Below are positions 50,191 through 63,285 of a stretch of 64,000 nucleotides of DNA, one piece after another. The position numbers and the translations under genes were made by a program. Below the pieces are notes generated by a model. The model was not told the origin of the DNA. It was given only the letters and a program-made list of their open reading frames with translations, and searched no databases. The DNA is from Thermodesulfobacteriota bacterium (GTDB taxonomy: Bacteria > Desulfobacterota_D > UBA1144 > Nemesobacterales > JAJCZQ01), in NCBI GenBank assembly GCA_965215275.1, contig OZ244044.1, positions 1,088,001 to 1,152,000 on the forward strand, in the 5' to 3' direction. Position 1 is the first letter of the stretch, and every line of letters begins with the position of its first letter.

Positions 50191-50264
50191 GGGCCCATAG
50201 CTCAGTTGGTCAGAGCAGCGGACTCATAATCCGTTGGTCCCAGGTTCGAGTCCTGGTGGGCCCA
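50191..50264 (+). tRNA. tRNA with CAT anticodon (probably Ile2; Met not excluded), CCA not encoded
   Basis: GGGCCCA acceptor stem, D arm AGCTCAGTTGGTCAGAGC, anticodon arm GCGGA-CTCATAA-TCCGT, GGTTCGAGTCC. Confidence 0.93.
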
Positions 50265-50381
50265 GATAACACGGCAGTGAACATTTTAACGGTTAACACG
50301 ATCATTAACGCTATAGCATCCTTAATACTGATCAGCATCATGAATTTAGATTATATTACAAACTAATAAAAGGAGAACAAT

Positions 50382-51098
50382 ATGCAAGACCAAATACTTG
50401 GTCTCCAGCAACTTCAGAGCGTTGACGCAGAATTAAAAGAAATAGAGGTCAATTTGGAAGAGTACCCAAAGAAAATTTCGAGCATTAAGGATGAGATTAA
50501 AAATGCAACTGATTCTATAGAGGAGAAAAAAAATAATCTGGCGGAGCTTGAAAAAACAAAATCTGAAATTGAGACCAGAATACAGAATAATCTCGATTCA
50601 ATAAAAAAAGCCGAAGAAAAACTGTTTGAGATAAAAACACACAAGGAATACGAAGCACTTCAGAAAGAAATAGCCGAAGTTAAAAGATCTAACTCCGAAC
50701 TCGAAGAACAGGTCATTGAAAAAATGGAGGACACTGAAAATCTCACCAGCGAGATAGACAAAGAAGAAAAGGACTTTACAGATAACCAGATCAGTTACAA
50801 AGAAAAAATAGATGAATATGAATCACTGATCAAAGATCTTAATTCCAGGCTGGAACCCGTAATAACGAAAAAAGAAGAAATACTAAAAAAGATAAATTCC
50901 GACGTTTTACCTATTTATAAACAGGTCATAAACAGAAATGGCACGGCCCTGGCACTCGTGGAAAATGAAGTGTGCACTGGATGCAACATGAACATACCCC
51001 CTCAGCTGTACATTCAGGTACTGGCACAGAAAAAAATATATCAATGCCCGAACTGTAAAAAGATCCTCTACTCTAATTCATATAAAGAAGGGCAGTAA
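50382..51098 (+). CDS. Coiled-coil protein with C4 zinc ribbon (DUF164-like)
   Basis: LQ.VD, KEYEAL.KEI, CTGCNMNIPPQ, CPNCKKIL. Confidence 0.88.
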   Translation: MQDQILGLQQLQSVDAELKEIEVNLEEYPKKISSIKDEIKNATDSIEEKKNNLAELEKTKSEIETRIQNNLDSIKKAEEKLFEIKTHKEYEALQKEIAEVKRSNSELEEQVIEKMEDTENLTSEIDKEEKDFTDNQISYKEKIDEYESLIKDLNSRLEPVITKKEEILKKINSDVLPIYKQVINRNGTALALVENEVCTGCNMNIPPQLYIQVLAQKKIYQCPNCKKILYSNSYKEGQ

Positions 51099-51099
51099 A

Positions 51100-51525
51100 A
51101 TCAAAGTTCTAGCCGGTTTATCACAACCTATTGACGCCTACACAGATGGAGCTTCCAGAGGTAATCCTGGTGATTCAGGAATAGGGATATTATTCAGAGA
51201 CAACAATAACGTTCACAGAGAATATAAACGCTACATAGGTACCGGTACAAACAATAACGCCGAATATACCGCCCTGATCACCGCACTTGAGATCGCAAGC
51301 AAAGAAAAAGTAGAAAAGATAAACGTTTACACTGACTCTCAACTTGTAGCCAATCAGATCAACAGTCTTTGGAAGGTTAAGGACCCGAGCGTAAGGGTTT
51401 TATTTAATAAAGTCAAGAAGCTGGTCAAAAAATTCCGCCACTTTACAATCACTCACGTCAAAAGAGAAAACAATTCCGAAGCCGACAGACTTGCAAACGA
51501 GGCCATTAACGAATATTTTAGTTAA
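51100..51525 (+). CDS. rnhA: Ribonuclease HI (missed by ORF track; no canonical start)
   Basis: Manual translation gives YTDGASRGNPG, TNNNAEYTAL, TDSQLV, HVKRENNSEADRLAN. Start tentatively at ATC 51100. Confidence 0.9.
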   Translation: MKVLAGLSQPIDAYTDGASRGNPGDSGIGILFRDNNNVHREYKRYIGTGTNNNAEYTALITALEIASKEKVEKINVYTDSQLVANQINSLWKVKDPSVRVLFNKVKKLVKKFRHFTITHVKRENNSEADRLANEAINEYFS

Positions 51526-51527
51526 CG

Positions 51528-51891
51528 GCGAGTTAGCTAAGCGGTCGCTTGCTCAGGCAAGAGGAAAGTCCGAACTTCAAAGGGTAGTGTGCTGGTTAAT
51601 GGCCAGGTACCGTGAGGTAACGGAAAGTGCCTCAGAAAAGATACCGCCTATGCATAATATATGCAGGTAAGGGTGAAATGGCAGTGTAAGAGACTACCGC
51701 TCTGATCGGTGACGATCATTGGCAAGGCAAACCCCGCACGAAGAAAGGCAAAATAGAGAAGCACCTGAAACTTTCGTTTCAGACTGGGCGACCCGTCCAA
51801 TGCTTCCGGGTGTGCCGCTAAAGATATTCAGTAATGAATATTTTAGATGAATGACCGCTCACGACAGAATTCGGCTTACAGGTTAACTCGC
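51528..51891 (+). ncRNA. rnpB: RNase P RNA (class A)
   Basis: GAGGAAAGTCC, GGAAAGTGC..CAGAAAA, GGGTGAAA, ACAGAATTCGGCTTA; terminal P1 pairing GCGAGTTAGC/GTTAACTCGC. Confidence 0.96.
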
Positions 51892-51929
51892 TGCTAAATT
51901 TCTCTAATACGTTTCAGGAGAACAACAGA

Positions 51930-53132
51930 CTATTTAATAACAGCCTTTACAAACTCCCTCTTTCCGATCTTGATCTCCAGTTCAGACCCGTCAGGAAGCG
52001 AACTTTGCAAATCCGAGAACTTTTGTCCGTTTATCGTAAGGCCTCCCTGGGCGATCAACCGCCTCATTTCCGCTTTAGACCTGAGCACCTCGGAAACTGC
52101 AGAGACAAGGTCCAACAGGGTCATAATTTCGCCTCCATCAATACTTACGACCCTTGCGTCATCGGGAAAGGACCTTCGTGAAAATTTCGTTTCAAAATCC
52201 GATCTGGCCTTATCCGCCTCAACGTGGCTGTAAAGCCAGCTGGTTATTTCGTAGGCAAGCATTTTTTTGGACTCCATGGGATGTGACCTTTTCAAAGACC
52301 CTATTTCTTCATCGGTCTTTGAGGTCAGCAGGTAGAAATACCTCCACATAAGTTCATCAGATACTGACATTACCTTTCCATAAACGTCCATTGGGTCTTC
52401 CTCAATACCAATATAGTTCCCAAGGGACTTTGACATCTTCTTCACTCCATCAGTACCTTCAAGTATGGGTAAAAATACTGCAACCTGGGGTTCCAGTCCA
52501 AAATATCTCTGAAAGTCCCTGCCTAACAGTATGTTAAAGGTCTGGTCCGTACCGCCCATCTCCACGTCCGCACGCGTCTGGACAGAATCATAAGCCTGGA
52601 TCAGCGGATACATAAACTCCTTTAAAGATATGGACGAACCGCTCTTGTACCTTTTACTGAAATCGTCCCTCTCCAGCAGTCTTGCAACGTTAACCTGAGA
52701 AGTGAGATTAAGGAGCTGATCAAAGCTCAGCTTGCCCAGCCAGGCCGAGTTGAAGATTATATCCGTCTTTTTCCTGTCAAGGATCTTAAAGACCTGCTTC
52801 TCGTACGTCTCTGCATTTTTAACTATCTCATCGGACATAAGCGCCGGACGGGTTTCCGTCTTACCGGTAGGATCACCTATCATAGCGGTAAAGTCGCCAA
52901 TTAAAAACAGCACTTTATGCCCGAGGTCCTGAAAATCCCTCAGCTTTTTCAGCAACAGGCAGTGTCCAAGATGGAGGTCCGGAGCAGTAGGGTCAAAACC
53001 CGCTTTGATCCTGAGTGGAACGTTCCTGGCCTTCGAACTTTTAAGTTTTTCCAGAAGTTCCTCTTTGGATATGATCCCTTCCGTGCCTCTCTCTATTACT
53101 TTCAACTGCTCCCTGGGATCTATAAATTTCAT
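51930..53132 (-). CDS. tyrS: Tyrosine--tRNA ligase
   Basis: [35 protein letters not shown]4 domain. Confidence 0.97.
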   Translation of the reverse strand: MKFIDPREQLKVIERGTEGIISKEELLEKLKSSKARNVPLRIKAGFDPTAPDLHLGHCLLLKKLRDFQDLGHKVLFLIGDFTAMIGDPTGKTETRPALMSDEIVKNAETYEKQVFKILDRKKTDIIFNSAWLGKLSFDQLLNLTSQVNVARLLERDDFSKRYKSGSSISLKEFMYPLIQAYDSVQTRADVEMGGTDQTFNILLGRDFQRYFGLEPQVAVFLPILEGTDGVKKMSKSLGNYIGIEEDPMDVYGKVMSVSDELMWRYFYLLTSKTDEEIGSLKRSHPMESKKMLAYEITSWLYSHVEADKARSDFETKFSRRSFPDDARVVSIDGGEIMTLLDLVSAVSEVLRSKAEMRRLIAQGGLTINGQKFSDLQSSLPDGSELEIKIGKREFVKAVIK

Positions 53133-53160
53133 TGTTTCTGAATGAAATCAAAGTTTGTTT

Positions 53161-54645
53161 TCAAGGAAGTGTGGAAGAACCCATAAGGTAACGGTCGCAC
53201 TCTCTTGCGGCCTCTCTTCCTTCGTTTATCGCCCATACCACTAGGCTTTGTCCCCTTCTTGCATCACCTGCGGCAAAAACTCCTTCCACGTTAGTGGCAT
53301 ATTTGCCATATTCGGCCTTTGCATTGGTCCTTTCATCCGTCGTAAGGTTCATCTGCTGTAAAAGTCCCTGCTCCGGACCAAGAAAACCAAGTGCCAGAAG
53401 TACAAGCTGTGCGGGCCATATTTTTTCCGTGCCGGGCACTTCATTAAACGACATCTTCCCGTTTTCTGCCTTTTGCCACTCGATCTGTACCGTATGGAGT
53501 TCCTTAACGTTGTTTGAATCGTCACCAACGAATTTTTTTGTCATTATCTGATATTTTCTGGGGTCCCCTCCAAAAACTGCAGCCGCTTCTTCCTGTCCGT
53601 AGCCCAGGGAATAGATCTTCGGCCACTGGGGCCATGGATTATCTGCGGACCTTTCCAAAGGAGGCTGCGAAAGTATCTCAAACTGAACCAGGCTCTTACA
53701 TTCATGTCTTACGCAGGTGGCAACACAATCCGTTCCCGTGTCTCCACCGCCAAGCACTATTACATCTTTACCCTTTGCGGAGATATAATTTCCATCTTCC
53801 AGGTTGCTGTCCAGCAGGCTCTTTGTATTGCTCCTTAAAAACTGCATCGCAAAGTATATTCCGTTCAGTTCCCTGCCTTCAATTGGCAGGTCCCTGGGTA
53901 CCGTGGCTCCCGTGCATATTACAACCGCATCGTTTTGACCAATAACGTCATCGGCTTTCATATCCCTGCCCACTTCAACTCCCGTTACAAAATCAATTCC
54001 TTCCTTTCTGAGAATATCCACTCTTCTCTGAACGATGTCCTTATCCAGATGCGGGTTGGGGATCCCGTACATAAGAAGCCCTCCGATCCTGTCATCCCTT
54101 TCATAAACGGTCACGCTGTGTCCCGCCTTATTAAGCTGTGCGGCACATGAAAGTCCTGCGGGACCTGACCCGATGACCGCTACTTTCTTGCCCGTTCTGA
54201 TCTCAGGAGGTTCAGGTACTATCCAGCCGGATTCAAAGCCCTTGTCCACGATCGCACACTCTATTGATTTGATCGTCACGGCTGGTTCGTTTATTCCAAG
54301 CACACACGAACCTTCACACGGTGCAGGACAAACACGTCCCGTAAACTCCGGGAAATTGTTGGTCTTATGTAATCTGTCAAGGGCATCTTTCCATAATCCC
54401 TTATATACAAGGTCGTTCCATTCGGGAATAAGATTGTTTACAGGACAGCCGACGGCCATACCGGCAAGCATCTCGCCAGTCTGACAGAACGGTACGCCGC
54501 AATCCATGCATCTGCTGCCCTGCTCTTTCAGTTCACTTTCGGGAAGATGCTGATGAAATTCGTTCCAATCACCGGTCCGCTCTTCAGGGTCTCTATCAGG
54601 ACCAAGTACGCGAGTATAGTTCATAAAACCTGTCGGATTACCCAT
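53161..54645 (-). CDS. gltD: Glutamate synthase small subunit
   Basis: [47 protein letters not shown]. Confidence 0.97.
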   Translation of the reverse strand: MGNPTGFMNYTRVLGPDRDPEERTGDWNEFHQHLPESELKEQGSRCMDCGVPFCQTGEMLAGMAVGCPVNNLIPEWNDLVYKGLWKDALDRLHKTNNFPEFTGRVCPAPCEGSCVLGINEPAVTIKSIECAIVDKGFESGWIVPEPPEIRTGKKVAVIGSGPAGLSCAAQLNKAGHSVTVYERDDRIGGLLMYGIPNPHLDKDIVQRRVDILRKEGIDFVTGVEVGRDMKADDVIGQNDAVVICTGATVPRDLPIEGRELNGIYFAMQFLRSNTKSLLDSNLEDGNYISAKGKDVIVLGGGDTGTDCVATCVRHECKSLVQFEILSQPPLERSADNPWPQWPKIYSLGYGQEEAAAVFGGDPRKYQIMTKKFVGDDSNNVKELHTVQIEWQKAENGKMSFNEVPGTEKIWPAQLVLLALGFLGPEQGLLQQMNLTTDERTNAKAEYGKYATNVEGVFAAGDARRGQSLVVWAINEGREAARECDRYLMGSSTLP

Positions 54646-54668
54646 TCAGTTTTCTCCAAAGAACACGG

Positions 54669-57600
54669 TTAATTTCCACTCACCCGGGCAAGGTCGCTTT
54701 TATTCGCTTCAAAGGCGGCCATCATTGCTTCATCTCCACTAAGCCCGCTTTTTTCCACTCGTTTAATATTCTCGAGCATGCGTTTATAATCGTTCGGCAT
54801 GACCTTCTTAAACTTCCTGACGCTCTCAGCCCAGTTATCAAGGAGCGTTCTTGCCACCTGGCTGCTCGTATAATCAAAATGTTTTCTTACCATGACGCTC
54901 AGGAAATTCTGGTCCTCGTCATCAACGGATCCGATGGAAACCATTCCCATGTTGCATTTTTCATCAAAATCTCCTTCTTCATCATACACGTAAGCAACCC
55001 CACCAGACATTCCCGCTCCGAAGTTCCTTCCCGTGGGTCCGAGCACCACGACTTTCCCGCCCGTCATATATTCACAGCCATGGTCCCCAACTGATTCTAT
55101 CACGGCATGAACACCACTGTTCCTCACGCAGAACCTTTCACCTGCTTTTCCTCTTATATATGCCTCTCCACCGGTCGCTCCGTAAAAGGCAACGTTACCA
55201 ACTATAATATTTTCCTCAGGTCTGAACGTGGACTTCCTGGGCGGATACACTATCAGCTTTCCTCCCGATAACCCTTTTCCAACGTAATCATTTGCATCAC
55301 CTTCAAGAAATAAGGTCATGCTCTTGGGAACAAAAGCTCCGAAACTCTGCCCGGCGGAACCACTGAAACGGATATTGACGGTGTTTTCCGCAAGACCATT
55401 AAGACCATATTTTCTCGTCAGTTCGCTGCCAACTATGGTACCGACGGCCCTGTTGATATTCTTTATAGGTAAAGGCTCTTTTACATCAACCGGTTTACCG
55501 TCCGTGATCGCAGGTGCACATATATCCATCAAAACCGTTTCATCAAGCGACTTATCTATTCCATGATCCTGATCTATCTGACGGTAAGTTCCCCAGCTGC
55601 CCGGTACGTCCGGCTTTGTAAACACACCTGAAAGATCAAGCCCCCTGGCTTTCCAGTGATCGATCGCTTTTTTTGTCGTTAACCTGTCCGTCCGTCCTAT
55701 CATCTCGTTGACACTTCTAAAGCCCAGACCAGCCATGATCTCCCTGAGTTCCTGTGCAACAAACCTGAGATAGGTCACCACGTCGGCGGGATCGCCAGTG
55801 AACTTTTTACGAAGTTCGGGATTTTGGGTCGCAACACCCACAGGACAGGTGTCTAAATGACAGACCCTCATCATTATACATCCAAGAACGATCAGCGGAG
55901 CGGTTGAAAATCCATATTCCTCCGCACCAAGCAGAGCAGCAATCGCAACGTCCTTACCGGTCTTTAACTGCCCATCAGTCTCAAGAACGACCCTACTTCT
56001 CAGATTGTTCAACAATAAAGTCTGATGGGTCTCAGCTATTCCCAGCTCCCAGGGGAGACCGGCATGCTGAATGCTACTCTGCGGGGATGCTCCCGTACCA
56101 CCGGAGGTACCGCTTATAAGGATCACGTCAGCGTGACCTTTGGCTACTCCGGCAGCAATTGTCCCTACCCCAACCTCAGACACTAGCTTTACATTAATTC
56201 TCGCATATTTGTTTGCATTTTTTAAATCATATATCAGTTCCGCCAGGTCCTCTATGGAATATATATCATGGTGAGGCGGGGGAGAGATCAGACCCACGCC
56301 CGGGGTGGACAAACGAACTTTTGCTATCCATGGATACACCTTTCTGCCCGGCAGCTGACCTCCCTCACCCGGCTTGGCCCCCTGGGCTATCTTGATCTGG
56401 ATCTCGTCAGAATTCACCAGGTATTCACTGGTAACCCCGAACCTGCCAGATGCAACCTGTTTAATTGCACTTCTTCTTAAATCACCATTTGCGTCCGCTG
56501 TATATCTGTCAGTGTCTTCACCTCCTTCCCCTGTATTGCTCTTACCTCCGATCCGGTTCATTGCTATGGCCAGGCTTTCATGGGACTCTTTACTGATGGC
56601 ACCGTACGACATCGCACCGGTTTTGAACCTTCTGCATATGGATTCAACCGATTCTACCTCTTCAATGGGTATGGGAGCACCACTGTAGTTAAAATCCATC
56701 AGCCCCCGGAGCGTAAAATGCTCCCTGTCCTCATTGTTTGAAAGTTCTGAGAACTCTTTATAGGACTTGTAGCTTTCTGACCTGGCAGCATACTGCAGCT
56801 TATGTACGGTCTGGGGATTCCACATATGCCTCTCACCGCCCGGACGCCACTGGTATATACCTCCTTCCTCCAGCGTGTCTTCATCAACGTCACGGTCCGG
56901 ATAGGCCTGTTCAGATCTTCGCAGTGCTTCCTCTGCGATCACCTCTATTCCAGCACCTTGAATCCTTGAAGGCGTCCACGTGAAGTACTTATCTATGAAT
57001 TCATGATCAAGTCCTAATGCTTCAAAGATCTGTGCGCCGTGATAGCTCTGCACCGTGGAAATACCCATCTTCGACATTATTTTGACAATTCCCTTCACAA
57101 TACTGGCAATGTAGTTCGAGATCGCTTTATCCGGCAGAATATCGGGCAGCATACCGTCAAGGATCATATTTTTTATCGTTTCATACGCGAGATAGGGGTT
57201 GATGGCACTTGCACCGTAACCGATCAGCAATGCAAAATGGTGCACTTCCCTTGGTTCTCCCGACTCCAGAACAAGACTTACCTTCATCCTGTTGCCATTT
57301 CTGACCAGATGATGATGAAGTCCCGATACCGCAAGCAGGGCGGGTATTGGGATCTTTTTATCACTAAACCCCCTGTCAGAAAGGATTACGATACTGATCC
57401 CTTCTGATATTGCTTTATCAACGTCCTTAAAAAGCTGATCAAGGGCTTTGATCAATCCTTCACTGCCGCCTCCGGGGTTAAAGTGAATTGGAAAGGTCCC
57501 TGATCTAAGGTTTTTCATATCAAGGGCTTTCAGTTTATTAAGGTCGCCGTTTGTCAGGACCGGATAGTCCATCTCTATCTTTTCACAATGTTCAGGCATC

Positions 57601-59264
57601 GGGGATAGAATATTCCTGACAGGTCCCAACGTTACCTTCGTATCTGTTATAAGTTCCTCCCTGATCGAATCGATCGCAGGATTTGTCACCTGAGCAAAAA
57701 GCTGCTTGAAATAGCTGTACAGAAGTTTAGGTTTATCAGACAAAACGGCTATCGGTGTATCCACGCCCATTGCCCCAACGGGCTCGACCGCGTTCTTTGC
57801 CATTTGACCGATCAGCAGCCTTAGTTCCTCAAAGGTATAACCGAACAACCTCTGAGCGGTCAGAAATGACCTGTCATCCGTTATTTCATCTTCTTCTCCG
57901 CAAGGCTTAAGGCTGTTAATGTGGACCAGGTTGTCCTTGATCCATTTGAAGTACGGCTTTTCATTCGAGAGGCTGTTCTTCAGTTCCTCGTCACCAACTA
58001 TCCTTCCCTTTTTTGTATCGATCAAAAGCATCCTTCCAGGTTCAAGGCGGCCTTTGTAAGCTATGTTCTCAGGAGGGATCTCCAGCACTCCCACCTCGGA
58101 CGCAAGAACCAGCAGATCATCTTTTGTAACGTAGTACCTGGACGGTCTGAGACCCTGTCTGTCTAAAACCGCGCCCACTTTCTCGCCATCGGTAAATCCA
58201 ATTGACGCCGGACCATCCCATGGCTCCATTAAACAGCTGTGATAATTATAGAATGCTTTCTTGTTCTCAGGCATGCTTTCGTGCTTGGACCAGGGTTCAG
58301 GTATCATCATCATTACCGCGTGCTCTATCGAATAGCCTGATAGTGATAAAAATTCCAGTGCGTTATCAAAAGCGGCAGAGTCGCTCCCCTCGGGTGCTAT
58401 GATCGGAAATAATTTTTCCAGATCGTCTCCATAAAGGTCGGATTTCAGCAGAGATTGCCTTGAGTGCATCCAGTTCATATTTCCTCTTAATGTATTGATC
58501 TCCCCATTGTGAATAACGTAGCGGTAGGGATGGGACCTGTCCCAGCTTGGAAACGTATTGGTGCTGAACCTGGAATGCACCAGTGCAATAGCGGTCTCCA
58601 TACGTCCGTCACTAAGGTCAGGATAGTACGGCTCAAGCTGCCACGTGGTTAACATCCCCTTATACACGATCGTCTTGTAGGAAAGACTGCAGATATAGAA
58701 ATTACTGTCCAGCGGCCTATCTGAAAATCTGATCTTGTTACCCGACCTTTTACAGATGATATAAAGCTTTCTCTCAAAGTCCATTCCCGGCTGAGTATCT
58801 TTCCCCCTCTTGATAAAGACCTGCTTCACGGCCGGTTCACACGACAGTGCCGTCTCGCCCAGTGACGTGTTATCAGTGGGAACGTCCCTCCATTTCAGGA
58901 CTTCCTGTCCTTCTTCCTGTACCGTTCTTTCAAATATCTCCATAACCGAGGATGCTACTTTTTCATCAGGAGAGATAAAGAGCATTCCAACCCCGTAATC
59001 ATCATGATCAGGCAGGTCCGCTCCTGTAACTTTTGCAAAAAAGTCATGTGGTTTCTGCATAAGTATCCCGGCACCGTCACCGGTGTTTTTCTCACACCCG
59101 CATGCCCCCCTGTGCTCCAGGTTGTTCAGGATCTCAATAGCCTGGGCAACTATTCCGTTCGACCTTATGCCATTGATGTTAACAACAAATCCAATACCGC
59201 AGGAATCATGTTCAAAATCAGGGTCGTACAGTCCCTGCCTATACGGCAATTCAAAATTTTTCAT
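54669..59264 (-). CDS. gltB: Glutamate synthase large subunit
   Basis: [50 protein letters not shown]. Confidence 0.98.
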   Translation of the reverse strand: MKNFELPYRQGLYDPDFEHDSCGIGFVVNINGIRSNGIVAQAIEILNNLEHRGACGCEKNTGDGAGILMQKPHDFFAKVTGADLPDHDDYGVGMLFISPDEKVASSVMEIFERTVQEEGQEVLKWRDVPTDNTSLGETALSCEPAVKQVFIKRGKDTQPGMDFERKLYIICKRSGNKIRFSDRPLDSNFYICSLSYKTIVYKGMLTTWQLEPYYPDLSDGRMETAIALVHSRFSTNTFPSWDRSHPYRYVIHNGEINTLRGNMNWMHSRQSLLKSDLYGDDLEKLFPIIAPEGSDSAAFDNALEFLSLSGYSIEHAVMMMIPEPWSKHESMPENKKAFYNYHSCLMEPWDGPASIGFTDGEKVGAVLDRQGLRPSRYYVTKDDLLVLASEVGVLEIPPENIAYKGRLEPGRMLLIDTKKGRIVGDEELKNSLSNEKPYFKWIKDNLVHINSLKPCGEEDEITDDRSFLTAQRLFGYTFEELRLLIGQMAKNAVEPVGAMGVDTPIAVLSDKPKLLYSYFKQLFAQVTNPAIDSIREELITDTKVTLGPVRNILSPMPEHCEKIEMDYPVLTNGDLNKLKALDMKNLRSGTFPIHFNPGGGSEGLIKALDQLFKDVDKAISEGISIVILSDRGFSDKKIPIPALLAVSGLHHHLVRNGNRMKVSLVLESGEPREVHHFALLIGYGASAINPYLAYETIKNMILDGMLPDILPDKAISNYIASIVKGIVKIMSKMGISTVQSYHGAQIFEALGLDHEFIDKYFTWTPSRIQGAGIEVIAEEALRRSEQAYPDRDVDEDTLEEGGIYQWRPGGERHMWNPQTVHKLQYAARSESYKSYKEFSELSNNEDREHFTLRGLMDFNYSGAPIPIEEVESVESICRRFKTGAMSYGAISKESHESLAIAMNRIGGKSNTGEGGEDTDRYTADANGDLRRSAIKQVASGRFGVTSEYLVNSDEIQIKIAQGAKPGEGGQLPGRKVYPWIAKVRLSTPGVGLISPPPHHDIYSIEDLAELIYDLKNANKYARINVKLVSEVGVGTIAAGVAKGHADVILISGTSGGTGASPQSSIQHAGLPWELGIAETHQTLLLNNLRSRVVLETDGQLKTGKDVAIAALLGAEEYGFSTAPLIVLGCIMMRVCHLDTCPVGVATQNPELRKKFTGDPADVVTYLRFVAQELREIMAGLGFRSVNEMIGRTDRLTTKKAIDHWKARGLDLSGVFTKPDVPGSWGTYRQIDQDHGIDKSLDETVLMDICAPAITDGKPVDVKEPLPIKNINRAVGTIVGSELTRKYGLNGLAENTVNIRFSGSAGQSFGAFVPKSMTLFLEGDANDYVGKGLSGGKLIVYPPRKSTFRPEENIIVGNVAFYGATGGEAYIRGKAGERFCVRNSGVHAVIESVGDHGCEYMTGGKVVVLGPTGRNFGAGMSGGVAYVYDEEGDFDEKCNMGMVSIGSVDDEDQNFLSVMVRKHFDYTSSQVARTLLDNWAESVRKFKKVMPNDYKRMLENIKRVEKSGLSGDEAMMAAFEANKSDLARVSGN

Positions 59265-59472
59265 AAGAGCAACCTCACAACGTGAACGTTAATTATAACA
59301 TACTAAACGCCTTTTAAAAAAATGAGCATATTTATAACCCGTTTTCCAACGACCGGACTGCCTAAATACCGTACAGTTAGTCTTTGCAGGGAATTATTGC
59401 TGTCTTTTCATTTAGTGTTTTGCAAATTAGTGTTATAATACAGCAATTAATCTTGTGTTTCAGGAGGGTCGT

Positions 59473-59898
59473 ATGGTTCAGATAATGTGCTGGTTGGATT
59501 CTGAAGATTACTGGTACCTAAACAGCATGCATGAAGGTGATCAGGCCATAGATTATTATGCGTACAGGTTCAACGTTGATGACAGTTCGGAAGCTCCCGA
59601 CCCGACCCCGGTAAGTCTTATCGTGGTAGAGATGGTGAACGCAAAGCTCGCAATAGGGTTTGCCATGTCCCCGCATATTAAGATCGAGAAGGAATTCAAA
59701 GTCGGTTTTATATGTCAGGAAAGACCCGACAAGGATATCCCGCTCGTGTGTAAGCTCTCAGATGAGGTGAAACAGACCAAGTATGCCGGAACCGATATTC
59801 ACAGACTTGAATACATAGGTTTTTCATTAGAAAAATTTTATGAGAACAAAGGTGCCAAATTCTACCTTCATGACCTGAGACCTAAAAAGCGGATGTAA
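59473..59898 (+). CDS. Hypothetical protein
   Basis: SD GGAGG before ATG 59473; directly upstream of argG. Confidence 0.7.
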   Translation: MVQIMCWLDSEDYWYLNSMHEGDQAIDYYAYRFNVDDSSEAPDPTPVSLIVVEMVNAKLAIGFAMSPHIKIEKEFKVGFICQERPDKDIPLVCKLSDEVKQTKYAGTDIHRLEYIGFSLEKFYENKGAKFYLHDLRPKKRM

Positions 59899-59937
59899 AA
59901 AACAACCGTCCGCAAGTCATTATCAAGATACATCTCA

Positions 59938-61140
59938 ATGGTTAAGAAAAAAAACAAGATCGTCCTGGCCTATTCCGGTGGACTTGACACGTCCATTATA
60001 TTAAAATGGCTCATAAAGGAACACAGGGCCGAAGTTATAGCCTATGTAGCCGACCTGGGACAGAACGAAAACATCGAGAAAATAAGGGAAAAGGCTTTTA
60101 AAACAGGTGCCAGCAAGGTATTCGTCGAAGATCTGAAAGAGGCATTCGTTAAGGATTTCGTCTATCCGGCCATTAAGTCAAGTGCTATATATGAAGGGTG
60201 TTATCTGCTCGGCACGTCACTGGCAAGGCCCCTTATTGCAAAAAGACAGATAGAGATAGCCGAGCAGGAAGGAGCTTCCTTCGTCTCTCACGGAGCAACG
60301 GGTAAGGGCAATGACCAGGTAAGGTTCGAACTGACGTTCTATTCATTATCTCCCGGTATTAAAGTGATCGCACCCTGGAGAGAGTGGAAGTTCAGATCAA
60401 GGAACGATCTTATAAAGTTCGCACGGAACAACGGGATCGAAGTACCCGTTACAAAAGAAAAGCCCTATAGTTGTGACAGGAACTTAATGCACGTCAGCTA
60501 TGAAGGAGGGGTTCTTGAAGATCCCTGGACGGAACCACCGGAATCGATGTTTGAAATGACGGTGTCCCCGGAAAACGCTCCGAACGAGCCGACTTTCATA
60601 GAAATTGAATTTAAAAAAGGGGAACCGGTAAAAGTTAACGGCAAGAAGCTGTCTCCCGCTAAACTACTGTCTGAATTAAATGACGTTGCAGGCAGGAACG
60701 GAATAGGCAGGGTTGACATAGTTGAAAACCGTTTTGTTGGTATGAAATCAAGAGGCGTTTATGAAACTCCAGGCGGAACGCTTCTGCACGTAGCACACAG
60801 AGCGGTGGAATCACTGACCATGGACAGAGAGGTCATGCATCTAAGGGATTCCCTTGTACCAAAGATCGCCCAGCTTATATATAACGGACTGTGGTACAGT
60901 CCGGAAATGGATATGCTGATGGATGCAGTGACAAATTCGCAGAAAAACGTCGATGGAGTAGCCAGATTAAAACTGTACAAAGGTAACACGACAGTTGTAG
61001 GACGTAAATCGCCCAGGTCCCTTTATCTGGAAGACCTTGCAACTTTTGAAGAAGACGAGATATACGATCAGTCGGATGCAACTGGTTTCATAAAGTTAAA
61101 CGCACTCAGACTTAAAACAAAAAATGTATTCAGTAGATGA
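59938..61140 (+). CDS. argG: Argininosuccinate synthase
   Basis: [41 protein letters not shown]. Confidence 0.98.
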   Translation: MVKKKNKIVLAYSGGLDTSIILKWLIKEHRAEVIAYVADLGQNENIEKIREKAFKTGASKVFVEDLKEAFVKDFVYPAIKSSAIYEGCYLLGTSLARPLIAKRQIEIAEQEGASFVSHGATGKGNDQVRFELTFYSLSPGIKVIAPWREWKFRSRNDLIKFARNNGIEVPVTKEKPYSCDRNLMHVSYEGGVLEDPWTEPPESMFEMTVSPENAPNEPTFIEIEFKKGEPVKVNGKKLSPAKLLSELNDVAGRNGIGRVDIVENRFVGMKSRGVYETPGGTLLHVAHRAVESLTMDREVMHLRDSLVPKIAQLIYNGLWYSPEMDMLMDAVTNSQKNVDGVARLKLYKGNTTVVGRKSPRSLYLEDLATFEEDEIYDQSDATGFIKLNALRLKTKNVFSR

Positions 61141-62129
61141 AAACAGGCGATTTTGACTATCATCTTCCACAGGAACTCATTGCTGAATACCCGCTTAAAA
61201 AAAGGGACGGATCCAGACTGCTCGTCTTGAACAAGAGTAACGGCAGCATAACTCACGAAAGGTTCTTCAATATCGCTGACCATCTCAAAGAGGGAGATCT
61301 GCTTATTCTCAACGACACCAAGGTACTTCCAGTAAAACTTGTCGGACGAACAGCGGACAAGGAGGTCGAAGTACTTCTCACCCACAGGATCTCTGAAAAG
61401 CACTGGAAACTTCTGGTGAGAAATCCAAAAAACAACAGCGTGATACAGTTCAATGAAGGAATAAAAGGAACGCTGTCAAAAAGCCCTTCAGATGAGTGGG
61501 TGATAAATTTCAACAGACCGGTCGAGAAATATATACACGACTTTGGAAAAATACCTCTTCCGCCATATATACACAGACCACCGGAAGAAAGGGACAGGGA
61601 AACGTATCAAACGGTCTTTGCAAGGAAGAAGGGAGCAATAGCAGCCCCTACGGCAGGACTTCATTTTACGGACAAGCTGCTTGAAAGGATCAGAGAAACA
61701 GGCGTGGAGATAAGGTTCATAACGCTCCATGTGGGAATTGGAACGTTCAGACCTGTCAAGTCAGAGAACGTTTCAGACCATGTAATGCACAGGGAGTTCG
61801 TGGAAATTCCCGAGAGGACGTTCAGTTCCGTATTAAAGGCAAAAAGGGACTTAAGAAGAATAGTGGCGGTCGGTACAACGGTTGTCCGTGCGATCGAATC
61901 AGTTGTTAAATTCGATTCCTTAACTTTCGATACCGGTCTGTTCATCTATCCTCCTTATGATTTTCAATTCATTGATGCAATGATCACCAATTTTCACATG
62001 CCAAGATCAAGTCTGCTGATGCTCGTATCAGCATTCTGCTCGAAAGATATGCTGTTTTCAGCATACAGAGAAGCTGTAAACAAAAAGTACAGATTTCTGA
62101 GCTATGGTGATGCAATGTTTATTTCTTGA
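61137..62129 (+). CDS. queA: SAM:tRNA ribosyltransferase-isomerase
   Basis: [47 protein letters not shown]. Confidence 0.97.
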   Translation: MKTGDFDYHLPQELIAEYPLKKRDGSRLLVLNKSNGSITHERFFNIADHLKEGDLLILNDTKVLPVKLVGRTADKEVEVLLTHRISEKHWKLLVRNPKNNSVIQFNEGIKGTLSKSPSDEWVINFNRPVEKYIHDFGKIPLPPYIHRPPEERDRETYQTVFARKKGAIAAPTAGLHFTDKLLERIRETGVEIRFITLHVGIGTFRPVKSENVSDHVMHREFVEIPERTFSSVLKAKRDLRRIVAVGTTVVRAIESVVKFDSLTFDTGLFIYPPYDFQFIDAMITNFHMPRSSLLMLVSAFCSKDMLFSAYREAVNKKYRFLSYGDAMFIS

Positions 62130-62177
62130 CAAAATCAAGATAGAATTATACGACCTAAACGTCTAACGGAGGTATAC

Positions 62178-63164
62178 ATGTCGTCACTAATTACAGGAGC
62201 TACCGGGTTCATTGGTTCTCATGTTGCACGAAAACTGATGGAAAGAGGAGAGAGGGTAAAGGTACTTCTAAGAAAAACGAGCAGAACAGATAACATTGAC
62301 AACCTGAACGTTGACAAGGTTTATGGCGATATACTTGACAAAAGATCGATTATAAACGCCTTACAAGGTTGCAATACCTTGTATCACGCGGCAGGATTTG
62401 TCTCCTTCAAAAAAAAGGATTACGGCAAGATGGAGGAAATAAACGTTCAGGGTTCAAAGACGGTACTTTCTGCCGCCGTTGAAGCGGGGGTCAAAAGGGT
62501 CGTCTTCACAAGCAGCGTTGCCGCACTTGGACCCGGACCGGAAAACGGCTGCGTGACCGAGGACACAGTAACGGATTTCAGTTCCGCGGGTATAGGGTAC
62601 ATGAACGTAAAGAGAGACGCTGAAAACGCAGCTTTGGATTTCTGCTCACAGGGACTTGACGTCGTTATTACAAATCCTTCGGTCGTTCTTGGAGCAGGGG
62701 ACATTTATATGTCCAGCGCCGGGTCTGTCCTGTGGTATTGTAAAAGACGGTTTCCCGGATATCTGGACGGAACGCTGAACGTCACAGACGTTGAAGACGT
62801 GGCAGAGGGACATATACTTGCAGCTGAAAAAGGAAGGTCCGGCGAAAGGTATATACTGGGTAATACCAATCTTATAGTAAAGGAATACTTCAATCTGCTT
62901 GAAAAGGTAACCGGTATCCCTTCCCCGAAACTGAAAATACCTTACGCTGCTGCTTACGCGACCGCTTATCTGACCGAGCGGATTTTAGGATTTGATTTTC
63001 CCAACATGTCAACCATGGACGTGGACTCTGTCAAGCTGACCAGATACAACTGGCACGCGGACAGTTCAAAGGCCGAACGCGAACTCGGATATACTAAAAC
63101 GCCCATAGAAAAAACAGTAAAAAAAACCGTAGACTGGTTTAAAGCAAACGGTTACCTGAGCTAG
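62178..63164 (+). CDS. NAD-dependent epimerase/dehydratase (HpnA/dihydroflavonol reductase-like)
   Basis: TGATGFIG, TSSVA, Y...K, DVEDVAEGH, GERYILG. Confidence 0.85.
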   Translation: MSSLITGATGFIGSHVARKLMERGERVKVLLRKTSRTDNIDNLNVDKVYGDILDKRSIINALQGCNTLYHAAGFVSFKKKDYGKMEEINVQGSKTVLSAAVEAGVKRVVFTSSVAALGPGPENGCVTEDTVTDFSSAGIGYMNVKRDAENAALDFCSQGLDVVITNPSVVLGAGDIYMSSAGSVLWYCKRRFPGYLDGTLNVTDVEDVAEGHILAAEKGRSGERYILGNTNLIVKEYFNLLEKVTGIPSPKLKIPYAAAYATAYLTERILGFDFPNMSTMDVDSVKLTRYNWHADSSKAERELGYTKTPIEKTVKKTVDWFKANGYLS

Positions 63165-63285
63165 GTCGACATCATGATCATAAGTTCAACTGACCGTAAG
63201 GGGCTGAAAATTTGGCGATAATGTAAAACTGACGATTTACAGAAAGAAGCAGACCTATAAATTACAGAGGAGTTATATTTATCTA

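Noticed and set aside
51025..51040. A-run as a programmed -1 frameshift fusing the zinc-ribbon gene to rnhA
   Set aside because: rnhA is in the +1 frame, so a -1 slip would not reach it, and a shift here would remove the last CxxC.
59389..59397. GGGAATTAT as another element end
   Set aside because: Only 9 bp match, no partner end, and it sits in an ordinary divergent promoter region.
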